The position numbers were made by a program, and so were the translations under genes. From Thermoplasmata archaeon (GTDB taxonomy: Archaea > Thermoplasmatota > Thermoplasmata > Lutacidiplasmatales > UBA184): DNA of 64,000 bases. Under the pieces are notes generated by a model. The model saw only the letters and a list, made by a program, of their open reading frames with translations. It did no database searches and was not told the origin of the DNA. Location: assembly GCA_030038095.1 (NCBI GenBank), contig JASHPK010000060.1, positions 24,799-88,798 of the forward strand, given 5' to 3'. Positions 1 to 9,991 of the stretch are shown piece after piece (position 1 is the stretch's first letter; each line of letters opens with the position of its first letter).

Positions 1-39
1 GTCGCGCGGGCGCTCGAGGTGATCCGACATGGCGGATAG
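1..39 (+). CDS. 3' end of probable 2-oxoacid:ferredoxin oxidoreductase alpha subunit (partial)
   Basis: Open frame VARALEVIRHGG* runs from the window edge and overlaps the beta-subunit start; identity inferred from operon context only. Confidence 0.55.
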   Translation, partial: VARALEVIRHGG

Positions 40-928
40 CAGCGCGACGCGGCCCGGGGTCACGACCGGTCCCGCGCTCCCGGTCGTCGGGAAGACGGAG
101 ATCCGACCGACCTGGTGCCCCGGGTGTGGGGACTTCGGGGTCGTGGCCGCGGTCGAGGGCGCCCTGAAGCGGCTCGGCATCCCGAGCCACAACGTCGTGA
201 TCATCTCGGGCATCGGATGCTCGTCGAACCTCCCGCACTTCCTCTCGTCGTACGGGTTCCACGGGATCCACGGACGGGTCCTTCCGGTCGCGGAAGGGAT
301 CCGCTGGGCGAACCACGGGCTCACGGTGATCGGGACGGGCGGGGACGGCGACGGGTTCGGGATCGGCGCGGGGCACTTCGTCCACGCGATGCGGCGGAAC
401 GTCGACCTGACCTACGTCACCATGGACAACCAGATCTACGGCCTCACGACCGGCCAGGCGAGCCCGACGTCGGTGATGGGCCAGAAGACGAAGTCGACGC
501 CCGACGGCGTCATCGAGAACCCGATCGACCCGATCGCCCTCGCCCTCGCGAGCGGCGCGACGTACGTCGCCCGCGGCTTCTCCGGGGACGTGAAGCAGCT
601 CACCGACCTCGTGGCCGGCGGGATCCAGCACCACGGGTTCAGCCTCGTCGACGTCTTCAGCCCGTGCGTCACGTACAACAAGCTCAACACGTTCGACTTC
701 TTCCGCCAGCGCGTCTACAAGCTCGAGAGCGCCGGCCACGACCCCACGAACCTGCCCGCGGCCTTCCAGCGGGCGCTCGAGTGGGGCGACAAGATCCCCA
801 TCGGCCTGTTCTATCGCACGGAACGCCCGACGTACGAGGACCTCGAGGAGGTCCTGGCGCCCGGACCGCTCGTGCATCAGCCGACCGGCCTCGCCGGCAA
901 GGACAAGCTGCTCGACGAGTTCGTCTAG
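29..928 (+). CDS. korB: 2-oxoacid:ferredoxin oxidoreductase beta subunit (TPP-binding)
   Basis: WCPGCG, SGIGCS, HGR, GGDGD...DN TPP motif, YGLTTGQ, SPCVTYN. Confidence 0.93.
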   Translation: MADSSATRPGVTTGPALPVVGKTEIRPTWCPGCGDFGVVAAVEGALKRLGIPSHNVVIISGIGCSSNLPHFLSSYGFHGIHGRVLPVAEGIRWANHGLTVIGTGGDGDGFGIGAGHFVHAMRRNVDLTYVTMDNQIYGLTTGQASPTSVMGQKTKSTPDGVIENPIDPIALALASGATYVARGFSGDVKQLTDLVAGGIQHHGFSLVDVFSPCVTYNKLNTFDFFRQRVYKLESAGHDPTNLPAAFQRALEWGDKIPIGLFYRTERPTYEDLEEVLAPGPLVHQPTGLAGKDKLLDEFV

Positions 929-932
929 CCGC

Positions 933-2999
933 TCAGCCCCCGCGCCCCGCGAAACCGAACAGATAAGCGTCGCCGTCGTGGAAGAGCACCGGGAACTCCC
1001 CCGGGTCGGCGAGGAGCGGGACCGGCGAGAACGGGGGCCAGAGGATCGTGTTGGCGCCCGTCACCGCGACGTAGCCGACGTCGAGCGCGCCGAGCGCCGC
1101 GAGCCCCGAGGCATTGAGGGTCGCGTTGGTGAGCTCGCTCACGAGGAGCCGGTACGACGCGTTGATCCAGGGCCATCCGGGGACGAGGGGATAGAGGAGG
1201 ACGATGTCCGGGGCATATCCGGGGAGGAACTCCGCGGCGCTTCCCGGCGCGACGAGCACGCGGGCGCCCGGAGGGAGGTGCGCGCCCGCATACTGGAGGA
1301 GGGCGAAGTCGGCCGAACTCACGTTCCCGAAGTCGCCGTAGACCTCGGAGAGGACCGGCGGGAGCTCCGAGACCGTGAGGGCGACCGCGGGAACGATCAC
1401 GATCGCGGCGACCCCGAGCGCGATCACCGCCGGGCGAGATCGGGCCCGGCGCCGCCAGGAGCCGAGCCGTGAGCCCCGGCGAACGCTCGGGTCCGGAGCG
1501 CCGGACGACGGGCCGGTCGGTAACGGAGGCGCGGCCCACCGCTCGAGGAGCAGGGCCAGCGGGATCGCGGCTGCCACCGCGTAGGCGTTGAACAGCCACG
1601 TCGAGACCTCGTTCGCGTTCGACAGGGCGGCGAGATCGAGCAGCGGACGCGCTCCGGTCCGCGTGCCCCACAGGAGGAGGAGATAACCCACCGCCGACGC
1701 GATCAGCGAGCCGAGGAGGACGCGACCGGTCTCGAGGTACCGTCCCAGCGGGCTCGTCCGGCTCGTGAAGAGGAGGAGAGCGATCCCGATTGTCAGCAGG
1801 ATCGCGAACTCGGCCGAAAGGAAGGGGATCGGGGCGATCGCCGTGTCGCCCGAGCGGAAGAGGTAGGGGTCGAGACGGCCGATGAGGTCCGCCGTGGAGA
1901 ATCCGACGGGCGTACCCGGGGGCGCCGCACCGGCCCCCGGGACGAACCCGGGACTCCCCCAGCCCTCGGCGAGGACGTAGATCGAGGGGAGAAGCGGCAC
2001 CAGTGCGATCGCGATCGCTGCGCCCCACCGGCCGAACCACGCGAGGACCGCATGACCGAAGCGCGGCCGTGCCAGGAGTCCGGCGAGGGTGAGCGCCGGG
2101 AAGAGTAGTTCCGCGCCGATCGGGTTCAGCGCCGCCGAGTAGCCGAGCACGAGACCCCAGGCGAGGACGTCCTCCCATCGCGGCGGGTCCGATCGGACCC
2201 ACAGCACCGCCTCTCCCGCGAGGAGGAGGACGAGCGGGAACGCGAGGACGAAATCATTGCTCCCTCCGACGAGGGAGCGCGTGCCAGGGCCGATCCAGGC
2301 GAGGAGAAGGGCGACCGCGACGCCCGCCCGCTCGGTAGCAAACCAGCGTCGGCCGAGAACGTACCCTCCGAGGGGAGCGGCCGCGAGGAACAGCGGGGTC
2401 ACCAGCAATGCGGTCCGGGGGGGCGAGAGGCCGAAGAGGAGCTGGCCCCAGCCGAGCCACGCGGTCGTGCCCTGCGGATAGAGGATCCCGACGCTCGCGA
2501 ACGGCGCGAACGACAGCGGCAGGGTTCGTTGGTGGAGGAGAAGCGAGGTGTACAGGGTGAGGAGGCTCGAATCGTAGGTGTTGCCGGTGGCGACAGGGGT
2601 CGCGACGCCGAGCTCGAGGACGAAGAGGGTCAACGCCGACAGCAGCACGAGGAGGGGCCCGGGCGCGAGAAGGCCCGCGAGGTCCGACCGCGTTCGAGAC
2701 GCCCCGAGGCGAGGGTCCGAAGTGGCGAGGAGCGCGAGGAGCACGATCCCAGCCGCCACGGGAAGGGCGACTACGACCACGGTCCCGAAGACTCCGAACG
2801 GCACCGCCGCGACGAAGTAGACGACCGCGCCCCCCAGATACAGGTCGAGGAGACCCCGCTCGATCGGCTCGAGGTGCTGCCAGACACGGGCCGCCCGGCT
2901 CACGACGAGGCGGACCAGTTCGCCGAGAAGGACCGCGGCGAACGTCCAAAGAAGCAGCTCGGCGCCCCACGCGAATCCGCTCGGGCCCGGGAAGCTCAC
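933..2999 (-). CDS. Polytopic membrane protein with C-terminal extracellular domain (possible GT-C-fold glycosyltransferase-like)
   Basis: More than 12 hydrophobic segments, loop YD...YPQG, soluble C-terminal domain with NxS/T sequons; divergent from a flippase. Confidence 0.6.
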   Translation of the reverse strand: MSFPGPSGFAWGAELLLWTFAAVLLGELVRLVVSRAARVWQHLEPIERGLLDLYLGGAVVYFVAAVPFGVFGTVVVVALPVAAGIVLLALLATSDPRLGASRTRSDLAGLLAPGPLLVLLSALTLFVLELGVATPVATGNTYDSSLLTLYTSLLLHQRTLPLSFAPFASVGILYPQGTTAWLGWGQLLFGLSPPRTALLVTPLFLAAAPLGGYVLGRRWFATERAGVAVALLLAWIGPGTRSLVGGSNDFVLAFPLVLLLAGEAVLWVRSDPPRWEDVLAWGLVLGYSAALNPIGAELLFPALTLAGLLARPRFGHAVLAWFGRWGAAIAIALVPLLPSIYVLAEGWGSPGFVPGAGAAPPGTPVGFSTADLIGRLDPYLFRSGDTAIAPIPFLSAEFAILLTIGIALLLFTSRTSPLGRYLETGRVLLGSLIASAVGYLLLLWGTRTGARPLLDLAALSNANEVSTWLFNAYAVAAAIPLALLLERWAAPPLPTGPSSGAPDPSVRRGSRLGSWRRRARSRPAVIALGVAAIVIVPAVALTVSELPPVLSEVYGDFGNVSSADFALLQYAGAHLPPGARVLVAPGSAAEFLPGYAPDIVLLYPLVPGWPWINASYRLLVSELTNATLNASGLAALGALDVGYVAVTGANTILWPPFSPVPLLADPGEFPVLFHDGDAYLFGFAGRGG

Positions 3000-3090
3000 G
3001 GCCGGGCGAGCCCTGTCGGTGTACTAGTATCCTGCCGCCGATAGGGCAGGTATTTACCGTCCGGCGTCAGGGGCGGACCGGGCGGTCATC

Positions 3091-4656
3091 GTGGGAGAGG
3101 GGGCCCGTTCGGAGGTCCGGAACGGGTTCACGAGCGTCACCCGGGGAACGCTCATCCTCATCGTTTCGACATTGTGCTTGGTCGGCCTGAACTTCGTCTC
3201 GCGGGTCATCCTCGTCCGGACCATCTCGCTGAACGATTGGAGCGCGTTCTCGATCGGCCTCACCCTCACGGGGATCCTGATCGCGTTCGGCGTCCTGGGC
3301 CTACCGAACGCGGTCGCCCGTACCCTCCCCTACGTCTCGACCGATGCGGAGCGGCGCTCGAACGTCCGCGGCGTCCTCATCGTCGGCAGCCTCGCGGGGG
3401 CCGTCTCGGGGACCGCCCTCTGGCTCGCGGCCCCCTACCTCGGCCCGCTCATCGGACCTCCGGGGACGGTCCTCGCGCTCGAGTTCTTCGCGGTAGGCCT
3501 CGCGACCTCGATCGTCGCGACGATCGTCGCGTCGATCTTCCAGGGATACGAGGACGTCACCCCGAATGCGCTCTTCCTCCAGATCGTCAATCCGGGCCTC
3601 CTCGTCGTCTTCCTCGCTGCGGTGCTGCTCCTGCCTCCGCACACGCTCACCTTCCTGGACGCGCTCGCGAGCTACGCGGCGAGCAGCGTCCTCACGCTCA
3701 CGCTCTCGATCCTCTATCTCGTTCGGAGGCTCCCCCGGAAGCTCCCGAAGGGACCGAGGGCCCCGGGCGCCTTCGACCGGCTCCTGACCTTCGCGATGCC
3801 CTTGTTCGTCGTCGGCGTGATGAGCAGCATCACGGGCGGGGGGGACACCCTCGTCCTCGGGGCCTACCACCCGGCGGAGGTCGGGACGTACACCGCGACC
3901 CTCACCCTCGCCCGGCTCATCCAGATCGGGGTCTCGGCCGCCTCGTACATCTTCCTGCCGGTCGCGGCCCGGTTCCTGCGCAACGACGACCGCCCCTCGA
4001 TCGCCCTCACGTACACGACCGTCACGAAGTGGATGATCCTGTTCTCCCTCCCGCTTTTCCTCCTGTTCTTCTTCCTCCCGTCCGAGTCGCTCGACTTCGT
4101 GTACACCGCGAAGTACGACACGGTGATCGTTCCGCTTCAGATCACGGTGGTCGGGGCCTTCGCGACCACCCTCCTGGGCCCCGGCCCCACGACCCAAGTG
4201 GCCTACGGGGACACCCGGCTCCTGGCGTACAACGCGGTCGTCTCCGCCCTCGTCGACGTCGGACTCGCCTTCGCCTTGGTGCCCTCCGAAGGGTACGTCG
4301 GCGCCGCCACCGCTTGGGCGGTCGCGGGCACCCTCTACACCGCGCTTTCGGTCCTCGAGCTCGCCGTGCGCAAGGGCCTCCATCCGTTCCGCCACCACTT
4401 CGTGATCCCCCTCTTGGCGACCGCGGTCCCGGTCGCCGTCGTGTTCGCGACTCTGCGGCCCTCGGTGCAGCTCTGGCTGCTCCCGCCGATCGGGCTCGCC
4501 GTCGCGGGGCTGTTCATTGGCCTCGTCTTCCTCACCCGCAGTATCGATGCCGGTGACCGGCTGCTGCTCGAGACCGTGGAGGGGATCTTGGGTCGACCGC
4601 TCCCTCTCGTCCGTCGGCTCGGGCGGGTGGGCCGCCGCTCTAGGCCCCCAGGATGA
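3091..4656 (+). CDS. Oligosaccharide flippase (Wzx/RfbX, MOP superfamily)
   Basis: About 14 TM segments, LGLPNAVAR and FLPVAAR motifs typical of Wzx-like flippases. Confidence 0.8.
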   Translation: MGEGARSEVRNGFTSVTRGTLILIVSTLCLVGLNFVSRVILVRTISLNDWSAFSIGLTLTGILIAFGVLGLPNAVARTLPYVSTDAERRSNVRGVLIVGSLAGAVSGTALWLAAPYLGPLIGPPGTVLALEFFAVGLATSIVATIVASIFQGYEDVTPNALFLQIVNPGLLVVFLAAVLLLPPHTLTFLDALASYAASSVLTLTLSILYLVRRLPRKLPKGPRAPGAFDRLLTFAMPLFVVGVMSSITGGGDTLVLGAYHPAEVGTYTATLTLARLIQIGVSAASYIFLPVAARFLRNDDRPSIALTYTTVTKWMILFSLPLFLLFFFLPSESLDFVYTAKYDTVIVPLQITVVGAFATTLLGPGPTTQVAYGDTRLLAYNAVVSALVDVGLAFALVPSEGYVGAATAWAVAGTLYTALSVLELAVRKGLHPFRHHFVIPLLATAVPVAVVFATLRPSVQLWLLPPIGLAVAGLFIGLVFLTRSIDAGDRLLLETVEGILGRPLPLVRRLGRVGRRSRPPG

Positions 4657-4815
4657 CGGGCGGACCCTGTGTCGTCCTTCGGCCCACCGGGCCGCGCTTC
4701 GGGCGCGGAAGTCGGTCCCCTCTCCGAGGAGGAGCGCGGGCGGCGGCCCTCCCGAGAGTCAGGTTTACATAGGGCGCCATTCATGTTAAGCGACGGGCCT
4801 CCCGGCCCCGAGTCC

Positions 4816-5421
4816 ATGATCGAGCGACGCAGAGGGTATTCCGTCGTCCCCGCCGTGGTCGGAGCGGGACTGCTCTCCCTCCTTCTCGCCGCAGCCCTTC
4901 TGCCCAACTCGGGCGTGGTCGCGGCCTCATCGAACTGCGGCCAGTACAACACCTGCCCGGCCTCGAGCCCGGCGTTCCCCTGGTGGATCGTCGCGGTGGT
5001 CGTCCTGATCGTGGCCGCTGCCCTGATCGCCGCGCTCCTGCTCATGCGTCGCCGGCGTCCCCCGGGCGGGGCCGGCCCGGTGCAGGCCTGGCAGGAGGCA
5101 CCGCCCGTGCCTCCGCCCGGTGCCACCCCGCCCCCGGGAGCGACCGCCCCCGCCGGGGCAGGTCCGGCCGCGGCCTATATCGAGACCCCGGAGGACGTCG
5201 GTCATGCCCCGCCGGACGCAACGGCGGCCGCTGCGGGTGCGGCGGCGGCGGGCGCGGCCGGAGGCGCCGCGGGGGCCCCGGCGGCCGAGGGAGAACCGGA
5301 CATCGATTCGCTGATGGCCGAACTCGACAAGATCAGCGGCGAGATCCTGAAGCGGGCGCCGAAGAAGGGCCCGGACGAGGAAGCCACCGAGGGTTCCGGG
5401 GAATCGGGCGGCTCTCAGTAG
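4816..5421 (+). CDS. Small membrane protein: signal peptide/TM, CxxxxxC ectoloop, TM, Pro/Ala linker, acidic C-terminal helix
   Basis: ATG at 4816 about 30 nt after TGTTAAG; coding-like codon usage; clear hydrophobic segments. Confidence 0.75.
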   Translation: MIERRRGYSVVPAVVGAGLLSLLLAAALLPNSGVVAASSNCGQYNTCPASSPAFPWWIVAVVVLIVAAALIAALLLMRRRRPPGGAGPVQAWQEAPPVPPPGATPPPGATAPAGAGPAAAYIETPEDVGHAPPDATAAAAGAAAAGAAGGAAGAPAAEGEPDIDSLMAELDKISGEILKRAPKKGPDEEATEGSGESGGSQ

Positions 5422-5475
5422 CCGCTCGGTACGCCGGTCGCGCCGCTTAAGAAGGCTCGTCGAGCTTTCCGGTCG

Positions 5476-5733
5476 ATGAGCTCTCCGTCGACCCCGAACC
5501 CGCCTGACCCCCTCCTCGACGACCTCCGCCGGGCCGTCGAGCGGGCCCCCCGTCGCCCGCGGGAGATCGAGGTCGGCATCGCCCTCTCGATCGCGCTCGG
5601 CCGCGAGCGTCCGCAGGTCTCCTGCGGGGGGTGTCAGAACCCCCTCGAGTTCGACGGGATCCCCGCCCGGACCAACGCGAGCCTCCGCGAGCCGTTCCGC
5701 CTCGTCTTCGACGCACCTCCGGAAGGATCGTAG
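5476..5733 (+). CDS. Hypothetical protein with a CxxC motif
   Basis: ATG about 30 nt after CTTAAG (5446-5451); 85 aa; SCGGC. Confidence 0.55.
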   Translation: MSSPSTPNPPDPLLDDLRRAVERAPRRPREIEVGIALSIALGRERPQVSCGGCQNPLEFDGIPARTNASLREPFRLVFDAPPEGS

Positions 5734-5766
5734 GCCCCGCTAGGGGGCCCGGGGGGTTCGGAGGGC

Positions 5767-6465
5767 GTGTCGTTCTCGATCGTCGAGGCGATCGTCAACG
5801 CGATCACCACGGTGCTCACGACGGTCGGCCTGCCCGGCCTGTTCGCCCTGATGGTGGTCGAGAGTTTCGGGTTCCCGTTCGTCCCGAGCGAGGTCGTTCT
5901 GCCGTTCTCCGGATTCCTGGTCGTCGAGGGGGTCTTCCCGTTCTGGGGGGCGCTCGGGGCGGCGCTCCTCGGCGATCTCTGCGGCGCCCTGCTCGGATAC
6001 GCGATCGGGCGCGGGTGGCGCCACCGTCTCTCGGGCCTCGGCATCGGGCATTTCCGGATCGATGCCCAGCATCTCGATCGGATGGACCGCTTCTTCGCGC
6101 GACGGGGGGAAGCCGCCGTGGTGGCGGCTCGAATGGTGCCGGTCCTCCGGGGATACATCAGCTACCCGGCGGGGACCGCGCGCATGCACCCGGCGCGGTT
6201 TGTGGCCTTCACCCTGGTCGGCTCGACCCCGTTCGCCCTCGGGTTCATCTACGCCGGCATGGTGCTGCGCTCGGACTGGAACGTGATCTCGCAGTGGTTC
6301 CAGGTCCTCGACATCGCGTTCATCGGGGTGGTCGTCGCGATCCTCCTGTACCTCGTGCTCTGCGCGATCGGCGTCCTCGAGACGTTCACGCTCCACCGGC
6401 CCCGGCCGAAGCCGGCATCCTCCGAAGGACCGGCGACGGAACCGCCCGGTCAAAGCCCCCCTTAA
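5767..6465 (+). CDS. DedA family membrane protein
   Basis: ES...PFVPSEVVLPFSG, G...GY..GR, ARMVPVLR..ISYPAG. Confidence 0.9.
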   Translation: MSFSIVEAIVNAITTVLTTVGLPGLFALMVVESFGFPFVPSEVVLPFSGFLVVEGVFPFWGALGAALLGDLCGALLGYAIGRGWRHRLSGLGIGHFRIDAQHLDRMDRFFARRGEAAVVAARMVPVLRGYISYPAGTARMHPARFVAFTLVGSTPFALGFIYAGMVLRSDWNVISQWFQVLDIAFIGVVVAILLYLVLCAIGVLETFTLHRPRPKPASSEGPATEPPGQSPP

Positions 6466-7823
6466 ATTCGGTCGGATCCGACTCGGCCCCGGTCGGCGAA
6501 GTCGGGCCGGACCGTCTCCCCGTCCCGTCCTCCGACGAACTCCCCCTCCCGCACGATCGGCCGGCCGTCCCGATAGTGCTCCCGCGGAAAGATCGCCTCC
6601 CAGCCCTCGAACGCGGTGTAGCCGCACGGAGCGTGGAGGCGGGAGGCCGAGACCGCGGTCCGGGCCCTGAAATCGACCACGATCAGGTTCGCCCGATGCC
6701 CCGGGGCGATCCGGCCGAGCGGCTGGCCGAACCAGCGAGCGGGACGATCGCAGGCCGCGGCGAGGAGAACCGGGAGCGCGAGCTCGCCCGTCCGGACCCG
6801 GGCGAGGAGCAGCGGCAGCATCGTCTCGACCCCCGGCATCCCGCTCGGCGCCCGGGCGAACTCGTCGGATTTCGACTCGAGCGAGTGCGGTGCGTGATCG
6901 CTGGCGAGGATCGGCACCTCTCCACGACGGAACGCCTCCCACAGGGCGGCCCGCTCGGACTCGGTCCGCAGCGGCGGGTTGACCTTGAACCGGGGGTCGG
7001 CGCCGGCGACTTCGTGGGAGAGCAGGAGGTGGTGCGGGGTCGCCTCGAACGAGAGCCCGGCCGCCCGGAGCCGTCGCGCCGTCTCGGCGACCGTCACGTG
7101 CGCGAGGTGGAGCCGGAGCCCGAGCGGGCCCGGCAGGAGGATCTCGAGGGCCCCCAGCTCGGCCCCGACGGGGCGCGCGGCGTCCCACTCTCGAGCGTCC
7201 GCGGCGGGGGGCCGGGTCGGGAACGCGCGCGGGTCCTCGGCGTGCACGGAGACGGGCAGCCCGAGCTTCGAGAGCGTCGCGAGGAGGGCGGGCAGCTCTT
7301 CGGGGGCGGGAGGCGTTTCGACCCCGGTCGTCGGGCTGAGGTAGATCTTGAAGGCCCCCGCCGATCGGGCGAGGCCCGGGAGCGCCCGCGGATCGGCCGG
7401 GCTGGCGTAGAGGAGGACGTCCACCGCGGCCTGGCCGCGGACCCGAGCCGCCTTCTCCTTCAGGCGATCGACGTCCGACACCGCCGGTCGAGTGTTCGGC
7501 ATCTCCCCGACGAGCGTCACGCCCCCGTACGCGGCCTCCACGGTGCCGCTCGCGAGGCTCTCGACCCGCGGGTCCCCGCCCGGCTCTCGGAAATGGACGT
7601 GCAGATCGGTCGCCGCCGGGAGAATCACGGCGTCCCCGACGTCGTGGCGCGGCGCGCCCGCTCGGGTACGACCGATCGACTGGATCCGTCCGTCCGGCCC
7701 GATCGCGATTTCGACCGGCTGGAGCTGACCGCGAACGTAGGCACGGCCGGCCAGGATCCATTCCGGGGGCTCGCGCGCCGATGAGCCTGTCTCCCCGCTC
7801 TTCCGCCGACCGGGCGGGACCAT
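6462..7823 (-). CDS. pyrC: Dihydroorotase (type I)
   Basis: DLHVHFREPG, EMPNT, VHAED, EATPHHL, KVNPPLR, SDHAPH. Confidence 0.88.
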   Translation of the reverse strand: MVPPGRRKSGETGSSAREPPEWILAGRAYVRGQLQPVEIAIGPDGRIQSIGRTRAGAPRHDVGDAVILPAATDLHVHFREPGGDPRVESLASGTVEAAYGGVTLVGEMPNTRPAVSDVDRLKEKAARVRGQAAVDVLLYASPADPRALPGLARSAGAFKIYLSPTTGVETPPAPEELPALLATLSKLGLPVSVHAEDPRAFPTRPPAADAREWDAARPVGAELGALEILLPGPLGLRLHLAHVTVAETARRLRAAGLSFEATPHHLLLSHEVAGADPRFKVNPPLRTESERAALWEAFRRGEVPILASDHAPHSLESKSDEFARAPSGMPGVETMLPLLLARVRTGELALPVLLAAACDRPARWFGQPLGRIAPGHRANLIVVDFRARTAVSASRLHAPCGYTAFEGWEAIFPREHYRDGRPIVREGEFVGGRDGETVRPDFADRGRVGSDRI

Positions 7824-7902
7824 CGCCGCCCGAGGCGCTCGGGCTTGTAAAGGACGTCCCTAGGGGCGGAGCCTATCTCCCCGCGGAGCCTCGCCGGGCT
7901 CT

Positions 7903-8961
7903 GTGGAGGCGATAGCGGAGTCGAGCCACTGGACGTACGCCTCAAGCGGAGTCGACCGCTCGGCGGTCTCGAAGGCGCTGGCGGCGCTCTTGGAGTCGAC
8001 CCGGTATCGCCCGCCGGCCTCGCACGGGCGGCCGGTCGAGGCCCCGGGTCACTACGCCGGGATGATCCGGGTCGGGCGCGAGACGCTCGCGATCACGACC
8101 GACACCGTCGGCACGAAGGTCCTCCTCGCCGAGCAGATGGACCGGTGGGAGGAGGTCGGGGAGGACATTGTCGGCGTCAACGTGAACGATCTCGCCTCGG
8201 TCGGAGCTCGCCCGATCGGCGTCGTCGACACGATCCTGTGCTCGAAGCCAGATCCGAGTCGATTCGGCGCGATCGGGCGAGGGCTCGGGCGAGGGCTTCG
8301 GGAGGCCGAATGCGCGCTCTTGGGCGGAGAGACGGCGGTCGTCCCCGACATCGTCCACGGGGTCGACCTCGGCGGGACCGCGATCGGGTACTTCCCGCGG
8401 GGCCGCCGGCCCATCACCGGCTCGCGGATCCGCCCGGGCGACGTGCTCCTCGGCGTCCCCTCGACCGGGCTCCACGCCAACGGCTTCACCCTGGTCCGTC
8501 GTCTGCTGACGGAGAGCTCCATCGACCTGGGTCGTCCTCGTCCCGGGGCCCGGTCCTCTGCGGGAGAGGAGCTCCTCGCTCCCACCCGCATCTACTCTCG
8601 ACTCGCGGACCGGATCGCCGACCGGCCCGAGGTCCACGGGCTCGCCCATCTCTCCGGGGGCGGCGTGCGGAACCTCGTTCGGCTCCACCCGCGGGTCGCA
8701 TTCGTGCTCGATCGCTGGCCGGACGTCCCGCCCCTCTTCCGCTGGCTCCAAACGATGGGCTCAATCCCGAATTCGGAGATGTTCCAGACGTTCAACATGG
8801 GGATCGGTTTCGTGATCGTCGCCGCGTCGCAACACCTCGCGGAGACCCGTCGGCGCCTCGATCGCGCGGGCGCCCCCGACGCGGTACTGATCGGGCGGGT
8901 CGAGCGCGGCGCGGGGGTCCGGCTGCCGGCGTTGGGACTCGAGTACGAGGGGTACTCCTGA
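7903..8961 (+). CDS. purM: Phosphoribosylformylglycinamidine cyclo-ligase (AIR synthetase)
   Basis: YASSGVD, TDTVGTK, NVND, GGETA, STGLHANG, HLSGGG, TFNMGIG. Confidence 0.93.
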   Translation: MEAIAESSHWTYASSGVDRSAVSKALAALLESTRYRPPASHGRPVEAPGHYAGMIRVGRETLAITTDTVGTKVLLAEQMDRWEEVGEDIVGVNVNDLASVGARPIGVVDTILCSKPDPSRFGAIGRGLGRGLREAECALLGGETAVVPDIVHGVDLGGTAIGYFPRGRRPITGSRIRPGDVLLGVPSTGLHANGFTLVRRLLTESSIDLGRPRPGARSSAGEELLAPTRIYSRLADRIADRPEVHGLAHLSGGGVRNLVRLHPRVAFVLDRWPDVPPLFRWLQTMGSIPNSEMFQTFNMGIGFVIVAASQHLAETRRRLDRAGAPDAVLIGRVERGAGVRLPALGLEYEGYS

Positions 8962-9028
8962 CCCGCCCGGGCGCAGACGGAGTCCGGCCCGGCCAAACGG
9001 TTATGGCGCTCGCGCCGCTCGGGCGCCT

Positions 9029-9976
9029 GTGGCGGCGGCGCGCGGGGGAAGAGCCGTCGCGGTCGCGCTTTCGATCTTCGCGGCGTTCTTGTGGGCGACC
9101 TACTACATCTTCGTCCTGCGGGTGACCCCTGCGGCCTCGCCGTCGGCGATCCTCGTCTACCCCTTCGTCTTCGGCGGGATCGGGTACGTGATCTGGGCGC
9201 TCTCTCGGGGCGAAGCCCGCGCGTTCGCCGGCCTGTGGCGCGACCCGGCGTCGTACGGGCGCCTCGGAGTGCTCGTCGGCTTCCAGGTCGGAGTGCTCGC
9301 GGCGACCTACCTCACGGGTCCGGTAGATGCCGCCCTCCTCTCCCTGATCGGCGACGTCGTCGTCACCCCGATCGTCGTCGCGACGGTGTTCGCCGCCCAT
9401 CGGGAACATATCGGTACCCCGCTATTCGCGGCGGGGCTGATCCTGAGCCTTGCGGGAGGCTCGCTCGCGATCGCGGGCGGCCAGCGGCTCGAGTCGGTGC
9501 CGCCGATCGGATGGCTCGTGGTGCCGTGCGTGCCGATTTTCGCGGCGTTCTTCTTCCTGCTGACCGCGCGCGCGAACGAGAAGGCCCCGGCCTCCTCGGT
9601 GGTCGCTCAGTCGATGGTCGCCGCCGCGATCGCCCTCGCCCTCGCGGCGCCGCTGTTCCCCGGCGGATGGGACGGGCTGTTCCGGGTCCCGCCGGTCGCA
9701 TTGCTCCTCCTCGTCGTCTGCGGCGTCACGAACTTCTTCCTCGCCGACGCGATCTATTTCGAGGCGATCGCGCAGGTCGGGCTCGTCATTCCTCCGATGT
9801 TGATGACCGGGATTCCGGTGTTCACGCTCATCCTCTCCGCGACGCTCCTCGGCATCCACCTCCCCCTCCTCGGAGTGGTGGGCATCCCGATCGCGGTCGT
9901 GGGGGCTCTCCTCGCGCTGAGGGGCGGGGCGCGACCCGTCACTCCGGGCGACGGGGCGCAGGCGCCGGGCGTTTAG
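9029..9976 (+). CDS. DMT/EamA family transporter
   Basis: 10 TM segments in two repeats; start codon uncertain. Confidence 0.75.
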   Translation: MAAARGGRAVAVALSIFAAFLWATYYIFVLRVTPAASPSAILVYPFVFGGIGYVIWALSRGEARAFAGLWRDPASYGRLGVLVGFQVGVLAATYLTGPVDAALLSLIGDVVVTPIVVATVFAAHREHIGTPLFAAGLILSLAGGSLAIAGGQRLESVPPIGWLVVPCVPIFAAFFFLLTARANEKAPASSVVAQSMVAAAIALALAAPLFPGGWDGLFRVPPVALLLLVVCGVTNFFLADAIYFEAIAQVGLVIPPMLMTGIPVFTLILSATLLGIHLPLLGVVGIPIAVVGALLALRGGARPVTPGDGAQAPGV

Positions 9977-9991
9977 CCCACCCGCCCCAAC

